Source: Nitrosopumilales archaeon CG_4_9_14_0_2_um_filter_34_16
GTDB taxonomy: Archaea > Thermoproteota > Nitrososphaeria > Nitrososphaerales > Nitrosopumilaceae
NCBI GenBank assembly: GCA_002788515.1
Contig: PFRJ01000094.1
Span: forward strand, 2,240 to 48,949
DNA: 46,710 bases
Reading direction: 5' to 3'
Notes under the pieces: model-generated
What the model was told of the DNA's origin: nothing
Databases searched by the model: none
The model's input: only the letters and a program-made list of their open reading frames with translations
Shown here: in pieces, positions 46,543 to 46,710 of the stretch
Position numbering within the stretch: the first letter of the stretch is position 1
How the letters are laid out: each line of letters starts with the position of its first letter
Made by a program: the position numbers and the translations under genes

Positions 46543-46710
46543 TTGTCTGAAATTTATTCTATAGGTCTTGGAAATACTGATGACACTGTGAGAAAAAAGG
46601 CAGATGTTGATTTTGTGTCTTTTTGGGATGAGCAGGCAAGAAATTTGTCGTGGTTCTCTAGATGGGAAAAAACACTTGATTGGAAGCCACCTTTTGCTAA
46701 ATGGTTCGTT
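46543..46710 (+). CDS. acs: Acetyl-CoA synthetase, N-terminal part (runs off window)
   Basis: TTG start; FWDEQARNLSWFSRWEKTLDWKPPFAKWFV is the typical ACS N-terminus. Confidence 0.75.
   Translation, partial: MSEIYSIGLGNTDDTVRKKADVDFVSFWDEQARNLSWFSRWEKTLDWKPPFAKWFV

Overview
AT-rich archaeal DNA whose gene content (CdvA, PEFG-CTERM protein, TFB, proteasome beta subunit, long ThyX) points to an ammonia-oxidising archaeon of the Nitrosopumilus type (inference). The window has three parts. (1) 1-4.3 kb: an arsenic cluster (small thioredoxin, arsC, arsM, divergent HxlR regulator) and a dicarboxylate/amino-acid symporter bracketed by two ~90%-identical 93-bp structured repeats. (2) ~4.5-36.4 kb: an accessory stress/dormancy island with 6 universal stress proteins, 4 stand-alone CBS proteins, an HPF/RaiA-like protein, Hsp20, Cdc48, Pcm, a TFB paralogue, VIT1, an MDH-like enzyme, an ATP-cone nuclease, a rhodanese-MBL fusion and many microproteins. 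Its promoters share a palindromic box, TGATTDTCA-N4-TGAHAATCA, that usually ends 37-39 nt before the start codon, which indicates one regulon. (3) 36.4-46.7 kb: housekeeping genes (trmI, nnrD, M20 peptidase, psmB, hom, msrB, thyX, cdvA, start of acs), with a candidate ~100-nt structured ncRNA at the boundary. No CRISPR array, tRNA, rRNA, integrase or transposase was seen. All family calls are by eye from motifs; no database searches were run.
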